Shown here one piece after another: positions 30,014 through 45,000 of a stretch of 64,000 nt of DNA. The DNA is from Candidatus Altimarinota bacterium (lineage in GTDB: Bacteria > Patescibacteriota > Gracilibacteria > 1-14-2-50-48-13). The stretch lies in NCBI GenBank assembly GCA_046314355.1, contig JBKBWQ010000001.1:1536001-1600000 (forward strand). Reading direction: 5' to 3'. The stretch's first letter is position 1, and each line of letters starts with the position of its first letter. A program made the translations under genes and the position numbers. A model generated the notes under the pieces. It did no database searches. It worked only from the letters and a program-made list of their open reading frames with translations, and had not been told where the DNA came from.

Positions 30014-33000
30014 ATGCTGCTTTCGTCTTACAAAAAGAATAAATTTGGACTGCTTACCAGCATCTTTCTGCCTTTCATTCTTTTGGTTGCATACACCTTG
30101 GTGATGCTGCCAAAAGCAGATGCAACCACGATTTCTACAGTTGTTACATCTGCAACTGATGTTGGTTTCTATTCTGCAACCAAAGTTGGAACGGATGGCT
30201 TTGCCAGAATTGCATACTACGACACGACCGATGGCGACCTCAAATATATCCAGTGTACCAACGCAGATTGTAGTACAAAAAATACAGCTACCTTGGATAC
30301 AACAGGAGACGTAGGATCTAGTATGGATATGATCATTGCTCCAAATGGCAAGGCAATGATCTCGTACCGGGATGCAACAAACGGAAAAGTAAAGTTTGCA
30401 AACTGTAATGATGATGCTTGTAGTGCACCTACCATCAACACCATTGCTTCATCCGCGCAGGTCGTCTATACTGAAAAAATTTCATTAACCTTGGATTTCG
30501 ATGAGCGTCCTAGAATGCTCTATCGAAATTCAGGGAACTCCATACGACAGATTCGTTGTACGGATGTAAACTGTGCAGGTAGTGTTGAGACACAAGTCAC
30601 TAGTTCTGCAGCGTTTCCAACAATACGAATGGGGCTTGATGGTCTTCCAAGATTTTTCTTTTTCAGTACTTCAGTTGGAAAGCCATATTACGGTGTTTGT
30701 TTTAATGCAGACTGTAATTCAAATACTATAAACCCTACAGATACAGGATCAAATACCGGTTATTTTACTACGTTTGAAATTGGCACTGATGGGTTTGGGC
30801 GACTGGTCTACTATGATCAGACAAATGGTGATTTACGTTTTGTTCAATGTACAAATTATATTTGTACCGCATTTACTGGAACAAATCTCGATAGTAGCGG
30901 TACGGTAGGAGCTACGCCAAGCATTACTATTGATGAGAATGATTTGGCACGGATTACTTATTACGCTGGTGCACCGACGAATGACTTGAAGTATATTCAG
31001 TGTCTAAATGCTACATGTTCTAGCCGAACTACTACGGTACTTGATACGGGAGGAGATGTTGGTACAAATAGTTTTGTGACACTAGGCCTGGACGGTTTTC
31101 CACGAATTACATACTATGACACAACAAACACTGACTTGAAATTCATACAGTGTACAAGTATGGCTTGTGACAGTACCTTTGAACCTAGCAACCTCTATGC
31201 AAATACAAGTAACTTAGGTGCACAAAATGGAGACACGCTTCCAAATACTTTGAAAAATACAAATGTGGTCTTTTCAGCTGTTCATCATGATGAACAAGGT
31301 GACTCAGCAGATAAATATGAACTACAAATTGCAACGGATACTGCTTTTAGTGCTCTCGTCTATGATAGCGGAGGAGCTGGTACAGGAATGAGTACCACTC
31401 TGGCAGATGCACGTTCACCAGATATAACTCCAACTGGATTTACACCTGAGGAGGGAATAACGTACTATTGGCGAATTAAATTTTGGGATATAAATAATAA
31501 CGAAGGCTCGTTTCCGACCACATACTCGAGGTTTCGAGTACAGCAGACTCCGCGAGTGACCACGGTGGATAATAGTAAAGATGTGGGTATTTTTAACATC
31601 ACAAGAGTTGGCAGTGACGGCTTTGCAAGGATTGCATATTATGATTATTCCAATAAAGATCTGAAGTATACGCAATGTACCAACGCTGATTGTACAACAA
31701 AGAATACAGTCGTGTTGGATAGTACCGGAGACGTGGGATCAGATACCGGAATGACTATTGACACCAATGGTAACGCAGTCATAGCTTACAGAGATGCCAC
31801 AAACGACCGGGTGAAGTTACTTCGTTGTAATGATGCAGCGTGTAGCAGCCCAACGATCACCACCATTACAGGTTCCACATTGGTAGGAGGGTACCGAATA
31901 GATGTCGCCCTTGGACTGGATGACTTGCCGCGTATGATCTATGCAAGGTCAGATAGTTACCTTTTTCATATTCGATGTACCAATGCATCCTGTAGTACCA
32001 ATGTGGTGAGTCAGGTTTCCGGTATCAGTAGAGTCGCATTTCCAAGTTTAGCGATAGCAAACGATGGCAATTCTCGAATCGCATATTATAATATAGATGT
32101 ATCGGGGCGTCCCTATTATGCGCAGTGTAGTAATATCAACTGTTCTTCAGCAACTCAGGTGGAGATCGAAGCTATAAATTACAGCGGGTACTATATATCT
32201 CTTGCGATAGGTACAGATGGGTTTGCGAGATTGGCGTACTATGATGCTACAAGTGAAGATGTACGTTTTTCACGCTGTACAAATGCAAGCTGTTCCACGA
32301 AAACTTCTGTGATAGTAGACGGAACCGGCACTATGGGTACGCAAACATCTATGGTCCTTGATAGAAATGACTTTGCACGTATTGCGTATATGTCTGATAC
32401 GCCTAATTTTGATTTGAAGTATGCACAGTGTCTGGATATGACCTGTACCACAAAAACGACGAATCTTCTCGATACACAGAATGCGGTGGGATATGCGACC
32501 TCCATCACGCTCGGGTTAGATGAATTCCCTCGAATTTCGTATTATGATTACACCAATCATGATGTAAAATTTGCACAGTGTACGAGTATGGCGTGCGATG
32601 GTACCTATGAGCCTAGTAATCTGTTTGCAAATACAAGTGACTTAGGAGCACAGAGTGGAGAATACCTCCCTAACACGTTGAAAAATACGAATGTTGTTTT
32701 TTCAGCAATACATCATGATCACGAAGGGGATAGCGCAAACAAGTATCAACTACAAATTGCAACTGATACTTTATTCAGTTCCTTAGTCTACGATAGTGGA
32801 GCAAGTGGAACAACAATGACTACTACCGCAGTGAATAGTCGTTCGCCGGATCTTTCGCCTACGGGATTTACACCAACTTCGGGTACGACCTATTACTTCC
32901 GAATCAAATTTTGGGATACAAACGATACTGTTGGACCTTACCCGACAGTATATTCACGCTTTAAAGTGCAGCAGGCAACAACAATTAGTCGTGTAGATAC

Positions 33001-36000
33001 AGCAAACGATGTAGGAATCTATTCTGCAGTGAAAGTGGCTCCTGACGGGTTTGCACGTATTGCATATTATGATTCTTTTAATCAGGATTTGAAATATACG
33101 CAATGTACCAACACTGATTGTACTACAAAGAATACACGAATACTCGATAGTACCGGTGATGTGGGAGCATTTCCGGGAATCACCATTGATCCTTCGGGGA
33201 ATGCAGTGATTGCTTATAAAGATGCAACAAGTGACCGGGTCAAAATCGCGCACTGTAATGATGCAGCATGTAGTACTCCTACACTTACAACAATTGCATC
33301 ATCATCTTCAATTGGATCTTACAAAATAGATGTAGTGCTTGGCTTAGACAATTTGCCACGCATACTCTATGTTAGATCAGACGCAAACATGTTTCATATT
33401 CGCTGTACCAACGTATCCTGTAGTACAAATGTGGTAAGTCAGGTTTCCGGTATAAGTAGAGGAGTGTTTGCAAGATTAGCAATGGGACTAGATGGAAATT
33501 CAAAAATAGCTTTTTATAACATAGATACTTCAGGACGTCCTTATTATGCGCAGTGTCACAATATCAACTGTTCTTCCGCAAGTCAGGCAGAGGTCGAAGC
33601 TGCAAATGGATATGGATACTATATGAATATTGCCATCGGAACTGATGGCTTGGGAAGGCTCGCATACCAGGATGCCGTAAATGAGGATTTGAAATTTGTA
33701 CGATGTACAAATGCCAGTTGTTCTACAAAGACTATTACTTCTGTAGATACAGTAGGGAGTGTAGGTTCATATATTTCAATGCTACTTGATAGAAATGACT
33801 TTGCACGTATTGCGTACATGTCTGATACGCCTAATTTTGATTTGAAGTATGCCCAGTGTCTAGATATGACCTGTGCCACAAAAACGATGAATCTTCTCGA
33901 TACACAAGATGCGGTGGGATATACCACCGATATGGCTTTGGGAGTAGATGAATTCCCTCGGATCACTTATTATGATTATACAAATCATGATTTGAAATTT
34001 GCACAATGTACTAGTATGGCTTGTGACGGAACGTATGAACCTAGCAACTTGCTGGTCAATACAAGTGACTTAGGAGCGCAAAATGGCGATGTTCTGCCAA
34101 ACACTTTGAAGAATACTAGTGTGGTCTTTTCCGCCATTCATCATGATCACGAGGGGGAAAGCGCAAATAAGTATCAGTTACAGGTCGCGACAGACACAGC
34201 ATTCACCGCGGTCGTCTATGACAGTGGGGCAAGTGGAACAAGTATGACGACCACTGCTGTCAATGTACGTTCACCAGACTTTACACCGACAGGATTTACT
34301 CCTACTCCGGGTACGACGTATTATTGGCGTATTAAGTTTTGGGATACAAGCGATACCGCAGGACCATACCCGACCACATATTCGCGATTCAGAGTACAGC
34401 AGACTCCGACGATTAGTAGTGTAGATACAGCAAACGATGTAGGTATTTATTCCACTACAAAAGTGGCTTCCGACGGATTTGCCAGGATCGCTTACTATGA
34501 TTCTTTCAATCAAGACTTGAAATACACACAATGTACCAATGCTGATTGTAGTACCAAAAATACACGTACACTTGATAGTACAGGAGATGTGGGAGCATAT
34601 CTGGACATGGTACTGGATGTATCAGGTAATGCTTATATATCATATAAAGATGCGACCAATGATCGAGTGAAAATCGCACGTTGTAACGACGCCGCATGTA
34701 GTAGTCCTACACTTACAACCATAACCGGGTCTTCAGTGGTGGGATTTTATAAGATTCCAATCACGCTCGGATTAGATGAACTCCCCCGTATCGTCTATAG
34801 CTCGTCAGCTAACAACATATATCATATCCGATGTACAAATGTAACCTGTAGCACCAGCGCTCACAACGGTATAAGTGGCATCAGTCAGGGTGTATTCGCA
34901 TCGATCGCGACAGGTCTCAACGGGTATACCCGAATAGCATATTATAATGCAAATGTGTCAGGTCGTCTGTATTATGCGACCTGTACAAGTGATGCATGTT
35001 CCTCAGCTTCTCAAGCAGAAGTAGAAACTATATCAAGTATATACTATCCATCATTGGCGATAGGTTCCACTGATGGTTTTGCACGTATTGCATATTGGGA
35101 TACAGCAAGTAGTGATTTGCGTTTTATACGATGTACCAATGAAAGTTGTAGTACAAAGTCAGCAGTTGCCGCAGATACTACAGGAACCGTAGGTTATTAC
35201 CCGTCATTAGTGTTGGATGGCAATGATTTCGCGCGTATTGCCTATTTAACTGAAGTTCCTGATTTTGATTTGAAGTATATGCAGTGTCTGAATACCACCT
35301 GTACTACAAAAACAACAAACTCAGTTGATACACAGGATGCAGTAGGGTATCTGCCGTCCCTTGCTCTTGGCTTGGATGAATTTCCGCGAATTTCTTACTA
35401 TGATTACACGAATCATGATTTGAAATTTGCACAGTGTACGAGCATGGCTTGCAATAACACTTATGAACCAAGTAACTTGCTAGTAAATACAAGCGATTTG
35501 GGAGCACAAAGCGGTGATACTTTGCCAAATACTTTAAAAAATACAAGCGTGGTCTTCTCTGGAATCCATCATGATCATGAAGGCGATAGCGCAGACAAAT
35601 ACCGATTACAAATAGCGACTGATACTGCATTTAGCTCAATCGTGTATGAGAGTGGTGCCACAGGTACGGCTATGACGACTACATCAGTCAATGCCAGATC
35701 TCCTGACTTCACACCCACAGGATTTACACCAACTCCGGGGATCACCTATTACTGGCGTCTGAAGTTCTGGGATACAACCAATGAAGAGGGACTATTTACC
35801 TCAGCATATTCTCGTTTCAGAGTACAGCGAATTCCAACAATTAGTACAGTTGAGAGTCTCAAAGATACCGGTTTTGCTTCTTCCGTGAAGGTTGGCTCTG
35901 ATGGGTTTGCACGTATGGCGTATTATGATTCCTACAATAAAGATTTGAAATATTCCAGGTGTACAAATGCTGACTGTACTACCAAAAACACGGTTACCTT

Positions 36001-39000
36001 GGATGGTACTGGTGATGTGGGGGCGTATCTTGATATGTTGCTTGATCAAAATGGATATGCACAAATTTCGTATAGAGATGCCACAAATGGAAGAGTGAAA
36101 TTTGCAAAATGTTACGACAGTGACTGTAGTAATACTACACCACCAACCATTACTTCAATCCCTTCCGCTACGTCAGTAAGTGAATACATGATCACTATCG
36201 GGCTAGGCACTGATAATCTCCCCCGAATGGTCTACCGAAGAGATGATCTGCAGATTGTGCATATTCGTTGTACGATTGCTACCTGTGCTACAGCGACTGT
36301 AAATACCTCTGGTCTCAGTCAAGGAGCATTTCCTGTTATGAGAGTGGGTACAGATAATCTTACAAGAATTGCATATTACAATCATAACATAGGCGGACGT
36401 GTATATTACGCTGTATGTAATAATGTGGATTGTACAAGCGCATCTAATACTCAAGTAGAAACAATTGGTACTAGTTATTATAACTCTTTGGCACTTGATA
36501 GTTCTAATATTGCCCGTATTGCATACTGGGATCCAAATAGTAACGATCTGCGTTTTGTACAGTGTACAAATAGTACTTGTAGTGCAAATGTTGCTACCGC
36601 TGTAGATACAGTTGGAAATGTAGGTGCCATGACAAACATGACTCTAGGAAGTGATGGTTTTGCCCGTATTGCATATCTCTCTGATACACCGAATTTTGAT
36701 TTGAAATACATGCAGTGTACCACTATAAGTTGTTCCACAAGCCAAGTAACAAGCCTAGTTGATACACAGGGAGTAGTAGGATTTTACCCATCCATTGCAA
36801 TGGGGCTTGATGATTTTGCACGTATCTCCTATTACGATTATTCAACTCACGATCTAAAATTTGCGCAGTGTGGAAATTTTGCTTGTGATAGCACATTCGT
36901 TCCAGATGCACCAACAGTACTTTACATTAATACCCCTGAAAATACTGCCCAAACAGGTCTTGCCAGTCCCGCAAACTTTACTTCGCCTAATCCGCCAGTA
37001 TATTCTGCTATCTATAACGCTGGCCAGTCTGGTGAAGCTGCAAATAAATATCGATTAGAAATCTCAACCAGCAATGCAAATGAGTCAGCATTCATAAGTG
37101 GAATTGTGTACGATAGTGGTGCGGCTGGTACAAGTATGACAAATACAGCAGATGGAGCCAGATCACCTGATCTTACTGCCACAGGCTTTACGCCAACAGC
37201 AAATACTACTTATTACTTCCGGGTAAGGTTCTATACAACGAGCGGTACTATAGGTGTAAAATCAACAGCTGCGCAATATAACATTATAGCAAATGTCCCT
37301 CCGACACCACCAACCATTCCTTATGCAAATACCGCAGCCAATGGTGCACAAAGCGGCCTCACAAATCCACTTAGTCTCAATTCTACCTCCCTGGTATTCT
37401 CAGCAATCCATAACGATCCAGAAGGTGATGCGGCAAATAAATATCAGCTTCAAATCTCTACTGACAGTACTTTTGCAACCACTGCTTATGATAGTGGAGC
37501 ATCAGGCACTTCCATGACTTCGACTGCAAACGGTGCTCGTTCACCCGATATCACACCGACTGGTTTCACGCCATCAGTCGCAACTAACTACTTCTGGAGA
37601 ATCAAGTTCTGGGATACGGCTGGAGCCGCCGGAGCTTACACTACAGGTACACATTCCTTCTTTTTACCTGGATATTGTGCTCCTTCTCCATCCGATATGG
37701 TTTCGTGGTGGAAAGCAGAGGGTAATGCTGCCGATTCCAGTGATGGGAACAGTGGAACACTGATGAACGGTACTACATTTGGCCCAGGAAAAATTGGACA
37801 AGGATTTAGTTTCGATGGGGTCAATGACTACATCACTATCCCTGATGCTGCAAACCAAACTCCATCTACAAATCTTCCTCCACTGAACAGTAAAATCACC
37901 CTTAGCGCATGGGTAAATCCTTCCACTCTTAGCGGCCATCGTTCAATAATCACCAAGTATTCTTCTAATATCAGCCAAAGCAGCTGGTATCTCGAAATAG
38001 CAGACGGAGGCGGTCTCTCTTTTGGTGTTTATCAAGACTCGAGCACTTATCGAGGTGTCACAACTCCTGCAGGTACACTCACGGCAAATACATGGCAACA
38101 TGTCACCGGAGTCTTTAGTTCAGTGGATCAAAGTTTGACAGTCTATGTCAATGGCGTAGTACAGTCAGTAACAGTTGCAGGAGGTACGGTAACTTCTATA
38201 GCCGACTCCTCAGCTCCAGTCTTTATTGGTGCTATTACTCCCGGTAGCGGAGTCATCTCTGACTATTGGAGTGGATCCATCGATGATGTACGATTCTTTA
38301 ATAGAGCACTTACGCAGACTGAAGTAACAAACATTTATAATGAAGCAGCGGGAACAGTATGTAGTGCAAATACTCCATCTACACCAACAAATCTTTTCTC
38401 AGAAACCTCCTATACAGGTGCCCAAAGTGGACAAACGAATCCAACTCTCAACACAATAAGCCCAGCTTTCTCTGCAATATATACCCATCCTGACGATGTT
38501 TCAGGAAATAAGTATCAACTACAACTTGCAAGCGATGCCGGATTTAATGACCTCATTTACGACAGTGGATCCAGTGGTACAAATATGCCAACGGTCACAA
38601 GCGGTGCAAGGTCAACGAATCTCTCTGTGCCAATAACGCTTGCAGATGACACTACGTATTACTGGAGAGTAAGATTCTGGGACATAAACGAACATATAAG
38701 CGCATATTCTGCCGGTTCTTCATTTTCAACAGCAGCAAACTGTATTCTATCTCCCTCAGATATGATCTCTTTGTGGGCAGCTGAAGGAAATGCAAATGAC
38801 AGTACCACTCTCAATTCAGGAACTTTACAAAATGGAGCCACCACTGCTGCCGGAAAAATTGGACAGGCATTTAGTCTTGATGGGGTCAATGATTATATAC
38901 ATATCCCTGATGATCCTAGTCAGACTCCCGCAAGTGGAAAAATCACTTTAAGTGCCTGGGTAAATCCTACTGCTCTTGGCAGCGTACAATCTATTGCCAC

Positions 39001-42000
39001 TAAATATACTTCGAATACTTCTAACATAAGTTGGTATCTTGCAATGACTCCAACAGGAAAGGCATATTTGGCAACATACTCTAATGGAGGTTCAACTTCA
39101 CGTGGGATGACTACTACCGCGAATGTTATTACTGCCGGAACATGGACACTTGTGACTGCTGTGTATGATACTAGTAACCAGACCAGTGCCATTTATATCA
39201 ATGGTGTATCGCAACCTATTGATATCACAGGATCCAATCTCACTAGCCTCTTCGATAGCACTTCTCCTATTCGTATAGGTAGTGTCGTTACATCAGGTGG
39301 AAACCTCAATGAATTCTGGAACGGAAAAATTGATGATGTTCGTCTTTATAATCGAGCACTCTCAGCAGCTGAAGTTTCAGAACTTTACTCTAGCCAGACA
39401 GATGGAAACTGTAATCACGCTCCCACTGCTCCTACTAGTCTTTTCTCAAATACAGCAAACAATGGAGCACAATCAGGGCTTACAAATCCTACTGCTTTGG
39501 ATTCTGAGGATGTGGTATTCTCAGCAATACATAACGACCTAGATACAGATGCAGCAAATAAATACCAGCTACAGATCAGTACAAATAGCACCTTTACAAG
39601 TACAGTGTATGATAGCGGTGCAGGTGGTACAACTATACCGACCATTGCAAATAATGCCCGATCATCGAATATTTCTATCCCTGGTGGTACTCTCGCAAAA
39701 GGTGTGACTTATTACTGGAGAATAAAATTCTGGGATACGGATGGAAATGCTGGAGACTTCTCTCCGAGTGGCACAAATGCTTCATATTTCTTTATTCCTG
39801 GCCTATGTCCTCTCGTTCCAACAGATATGGTCTCTTGGTGGAAGGCAGATGGAAATACAAATGATTCTATCAGCAGTAACAATGGTACGCTTACCAATGG
39901 AGCAACATATGGTGAAGGAAAAATCGGAAATGCTTTTAGTTTTGATGGAGTAGATGATTACGTATCTGGCACAGCAAGTAACTTTGCTGGAATAAATCAG
40001 TTTACGATGTCTGCCTGGGTGAAAGTGAATGCATTTAATGCTACGCAAGTACCTATACGTATTGGTCTTGCGGAAGGTAACGGAGGTCGAAGACTTGAAA
40101 TTAGAACCAACGGTTCTGTATGTAGCGACTACTATCTACAAGGTACTATTTGTTCATCAGCTGGTGCAATGGTCGCAGATACCTGGTATCACCTTAGTAT
40201 TACTCAAACTGCTACTACACAATCCGTATATAAAAACGGTGTATTATTAATATCCACACCTAATACTCCATCTCCAATTGGATCGAATGACTTCTATATA
40301 GGTCGAAGAACAAACACCGGAGGTGTTTCGTATCCAGTGAATGGTTTTGTGGACGATGCCCGTGTCTACAATAGAGCGATAAGTGCCACAGAAGTTGCTG
40401 CACTCTATAATGAAGGATCAGGTAATACTTGTAATAATATACCTGCGGCACCAACAGCACCTTATAGCAGTATTGCTGCAAATGGTGCTCAGTCAGGACA
40501 AACAAATCCTACAAATCTTACTTCAAACACACTCGTATTTTCTGCCATCCATCATGATCTGGATACGGATGCTGCAAATAAATATCAGCTCCAGATCTCT
40601 ACAGATAATACGTTTGCAACTACAAACTATGATAGTGGCTCTACGGGAATCAATATGGCCTCAACTGCTGATGGAGCTCGTTCCCCTGATGTTACCACTA
40701 CGAACTTTACGCCTGTTTCCGGCATTACCTACTATTGGAGAATCAGATTCTGGGATACAGTAGGTGATCCTGGAACCTATTCTGTACCTGCTACTTTCAC
40801 AACAGCAGGATATTGTGTGGCTCCTCCAAGTGATATGACAGCGTGGTGGCAGGGAGAGGGAAATGCTGACGATACTCCAGGTACCAATGACGGTATTCTT
40901 ACAAATGGTGCAACATATACTTTAGGTAAACGTGGACAGGCTTTTCAGTTTGATGGAGTAAATGATTATGTGAATTTACCTGCGGGAGGAGCGGTCAGTA
41001 GTGGAGATTTTACAATTTCTCACTGGATTCGGGCTTCTGACTTTGCAAGTGCACATGTGATCTACGAGCAGGGAACGAACGGATACATCCAGACTCGTGT
41101 CATGCCGGGTGGACAATTTCTCGCTTCCGTAGATGGAACAAATCTAGATTCAGCAAATACTACTTTAACTGCAAATACATGGTATCTTCTATCCATGACA
41201 TATCAGGGATCTTCCATGAAACTGTATGTAAATGATAGTTTAGCTGGAACATACACACGAACAGCCAATTACCTTCGTGACCGTGCTCAGATTGGATCCA
41301 ATACTGACGTGAGCGGCAATCCGATTGCATTCTTTGCCGGACTGATCGATGATGTGCGTATTTATGGGCGAGCACTTACTGGAGGAGAAATAACGAACCT
41401 TTATAATGAAGGAGCTGGAACTCCGTGTAACCTGGCACCAGCAGTTGCTTCGAATCTTTATTCAAATACTACAACTGCAGGAGCTCAGAGTGGTCAGACA
41501 AATCCTATGAATCTTGCTACGGAAAATCTTGTATTCTCAGCAATACATAATGATCCCGATGCAGATGCTGCAAATAAATATCAGCTTCAGATATCTACTG
41601 ATAATACATTCTTAAGCTTAGTGTACGACAGTGGGGCTTCCGGTACAAGTATGACAAGTACTGCTAATGGGGCACGATCTCCGGATATCGCGCCTACAAG
41701 TTTTGTGCCTGATAGGGGAACTACATATTACTGGCGGATCAAATTCTGGGATAGCCACAATGTACAAGGACCATTCTCACCTTCTGGAAGCAGTGCTGCG
41801 AGCTTTAAGGTGGTAGTAAATACTGGTCCTAGTGCACCTACAAATCTTTATGCAAACATAGCGAGTATTGGAACAGCCTCAGGAAGGACTAATCCTACTG
41901 ATCTTACATCTACAAGTATATATTTCTCTGCAATAAATAATGACCTAGATGGAGATAATGTAAATAAATATCAACTCCAGATAAGTACAGATAATACCTT

Positions 42001-45000
42001 TGCTTCAATAAATTATGATTCAGGAGCTGGCGGATTAGCTCTGACCTCCACCGCAGACGGAGCACGTTCACCGAATATTGGAACTGCAAGTTTTATACCA
42101 GCTGTGGGAACTACTTATTACTGGCGGGTGAAATTCTGGGATATCTATAACAATGAAGGAACATTCTCGCCAAGCGGTAATGATGCATCTTATTTCTTTA
42201 TCCCAGGCACTTGTCCATATATTGCAAATGATATGGTGAGTTATTGGTCTGGTAATATTACAACGACTGATACGGTTAGTGCTAATAACGGTACTCTTAC
42301 CAATGGTGCTACCTATGCCGCTGGAAAAGTAGGTCCTTCTTTCAGTTTTGATGGAGTAAATGATTATGTTACCGTACCTGATAGTAGCTCACTAAAAGTT
42401 GGTTCAGGAGACTTTAGTATTTCACTTTGGTTCAAAGCAACAAGTACAGGAAATCATCAGGCACTCTTTTCTAAGGAAGGTTCTGCTCCTAATTTTCCTC
42501 ATTATGGTATCAGAATTGACCCGAACAATAAACTTAGCGCTTTTGCGACCGATTGTGGCACTGGAGTATGCGGCTATGGTACTTCACGACATGGAGTTAC
42601 TGGTAATACTACTGTGACGGACAATAGTTGGCATCATGTGGTTTTTGTAAAAAATGGTGCTGAGCAGACTTTGTACTTGGATAATATTCTCGATGGAAGT
42701 CTGTCTGAAGGTCCTTGGAATACAGATTCTACCGCACCACTGACTATTGGATCACAGCAAGGTCTGGCAGGAACATTTGTTGACGGGCGGATCGATGATA
42801 TACGTTTCTTTAATAGAGCGTTATCTGCTCAAGAAACAACTGACCTCTATCATTCAGCAACAGGAACGCTCTGTAATGCACACCCAAGTGCACCTACTAC
42901 TCTCTATGTAAACACTGCTAGTCTTGGAGCTCAATCGGGTCAGACAAATCCTACAGATCTCGGTTCAACAAATCTTGTTTTCTCTGCGATCAATAATGAT
43001 CGAGAGACAGGTGATGTTGCAAACAAATATCGATTACAAATCGCCACTGACAATACTTTCGCAACGCCCCTCTTTGATAATGGTGTCGCTGGAATGTCTG
43101 TTCTAAATATTATTGCTGGCAACAGATCTCCAGATATCAGTCCAACGGGCTTCGTACCTGAGAATGACACAACATATTACTGGAGAATAAAATTCTGGGA
43201 TGACACTCCTTCAGAAGGTGATTTCTCTGCACCAGCGACTTTTGGTATTGCTGTCAATACTGCTCCTACCGCACCAACAAATCTCTTCAGTAATACAGGC
43301 ACGGCTCAGGCTGGACTCACAAATCCTACAAGATTAAACTCATCATCAGTTTTCTTCTCTGCAATTTACAACGATGCTGATACAGGAGATACAGCAAATA
43401 AGTACCAGCTCCAAATCTCTACAGATAATACTTTTGCAACTACTGACTATGATTCAGGTACTACCGGCACAAATATTGCAGATATAGTAAGGGGAAGCAG
43501 ATCTGCTAATATTACAGCGACAGGATTCACTCCTACCGCAGGTATTACTTATTACTATCGAATAAAGTTCTGGGACACGGCAAATGAGGAAGGTGCTTTC
43601 TCTGCTTCTGGCAGTTCTGCCGCGAGTTTTTATGTAAATACTGCACCTACTGCACCTACTGTTCTTTACACAAATACTGCAGCTGTCGGAGCGCAAAGTG
43701 GTCTCACTGATCCTACTACATTAGACTCTGCAAGTATCGTATTCTCAGCTCTTCATGATGATGCTGACCTCGATACTGCAAATAAATATCAGATTCAAAT
43801 CAGTACGGATAATACCTTTGCAACAACGACTTATGATTCAGGAGCTGGAGGTACAGCTATGGCTACTACCGCCAATGGTGTGAGATCTCCGGATCTTATT
43901 CCATCAGGCTTCACGCCTGTATCAGATACTACTTATTACTGGAGAGTGAAGTTCTGGGATATACATGGACTCTCAGGATCATACTCACCAAGCGGCAGCA
44001 GTGCAGCAAGTTTCAAAGTACATCTCAATGCTGCACCTACAGCACCAACAACACTTTTCTCAAATACTATAGGTGCCCAAACAGGACAAACAAATCCTAC
44101 AAATCTTAATTCTACTGACGTTGTATTTTCAGCAGTGAATAACGATCCTGATGGGGATAACGCTAATAAATATGAACTTCAGATTAGTTCCAATAATTCT
44201 TTCTCAAGCTTGATCTATGACAGTGGATCTGCGGGGACAGCTATGACCTCTACAGATGATGGTGCAAGATCGCCAGATATCACTATTCCAGGTGGTACTA
44301 TTCTTACTGCAGGCACGTATTACTGGAGAATAAAATTTTGGGATACGAATGGCAATATTGGAGCATATTCTCCAAGTGGCTCCTCTGCTGCTTCCTTTGG
44401 CATTACGCTTAATAGTGCACCATCAGCACCAACAAATCTTTTCAGTAATACTCCTGCCGCTACAGCCCAAGCTGGTCAGACGAATCCTACAAATCTTGAT
44501 TCTTCGAGCATTGCCTTCTCTGCAGTCTATAACGATCCAAATACCGGAGATATCGCGAATAAGTATCAGCTGCAAATTTCAACTGACAATACCTTTGCCA
44601 CAACAAACTTTGATAGTGGAAATACAGGTACACCTATTGCAGATATCACTCAGGGAAACCGCAGTACTGATATTGTACCTGCTGGCTTTACAGCAAGTGA
44701 TAATACTACTTATTACTATCGAATAAAGTTCTGGGATGACGAGAATGCAGAAGGTATATTCTCAAGTACTGCCCAATTTACCACTGCTATCAATGATGCA
44801 CCAACAGCACCTACAAATCTACTGGTCAATGGTGCCGCGACATCTTCGAATCTGACAACAACAAGTCTCGTATTCTCAGCACAGAACAACGATCCGGATA
44901 CGGGAGATATCGCAAATAAATACCAGCTCCAGATTTCTACAGATAATACCTTTGCAGCGACTGATTTTGACAGCGGAGCTGGCGGTACAAGTATGACAAA

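Noticed and set aside
32357-33922. DGR template/variable repeat pair
   Set aside because: Both copies are in-frame coding repeats, the mismatches are not confined to adenines of one copy, and there is no reverse transcriptase in the window.
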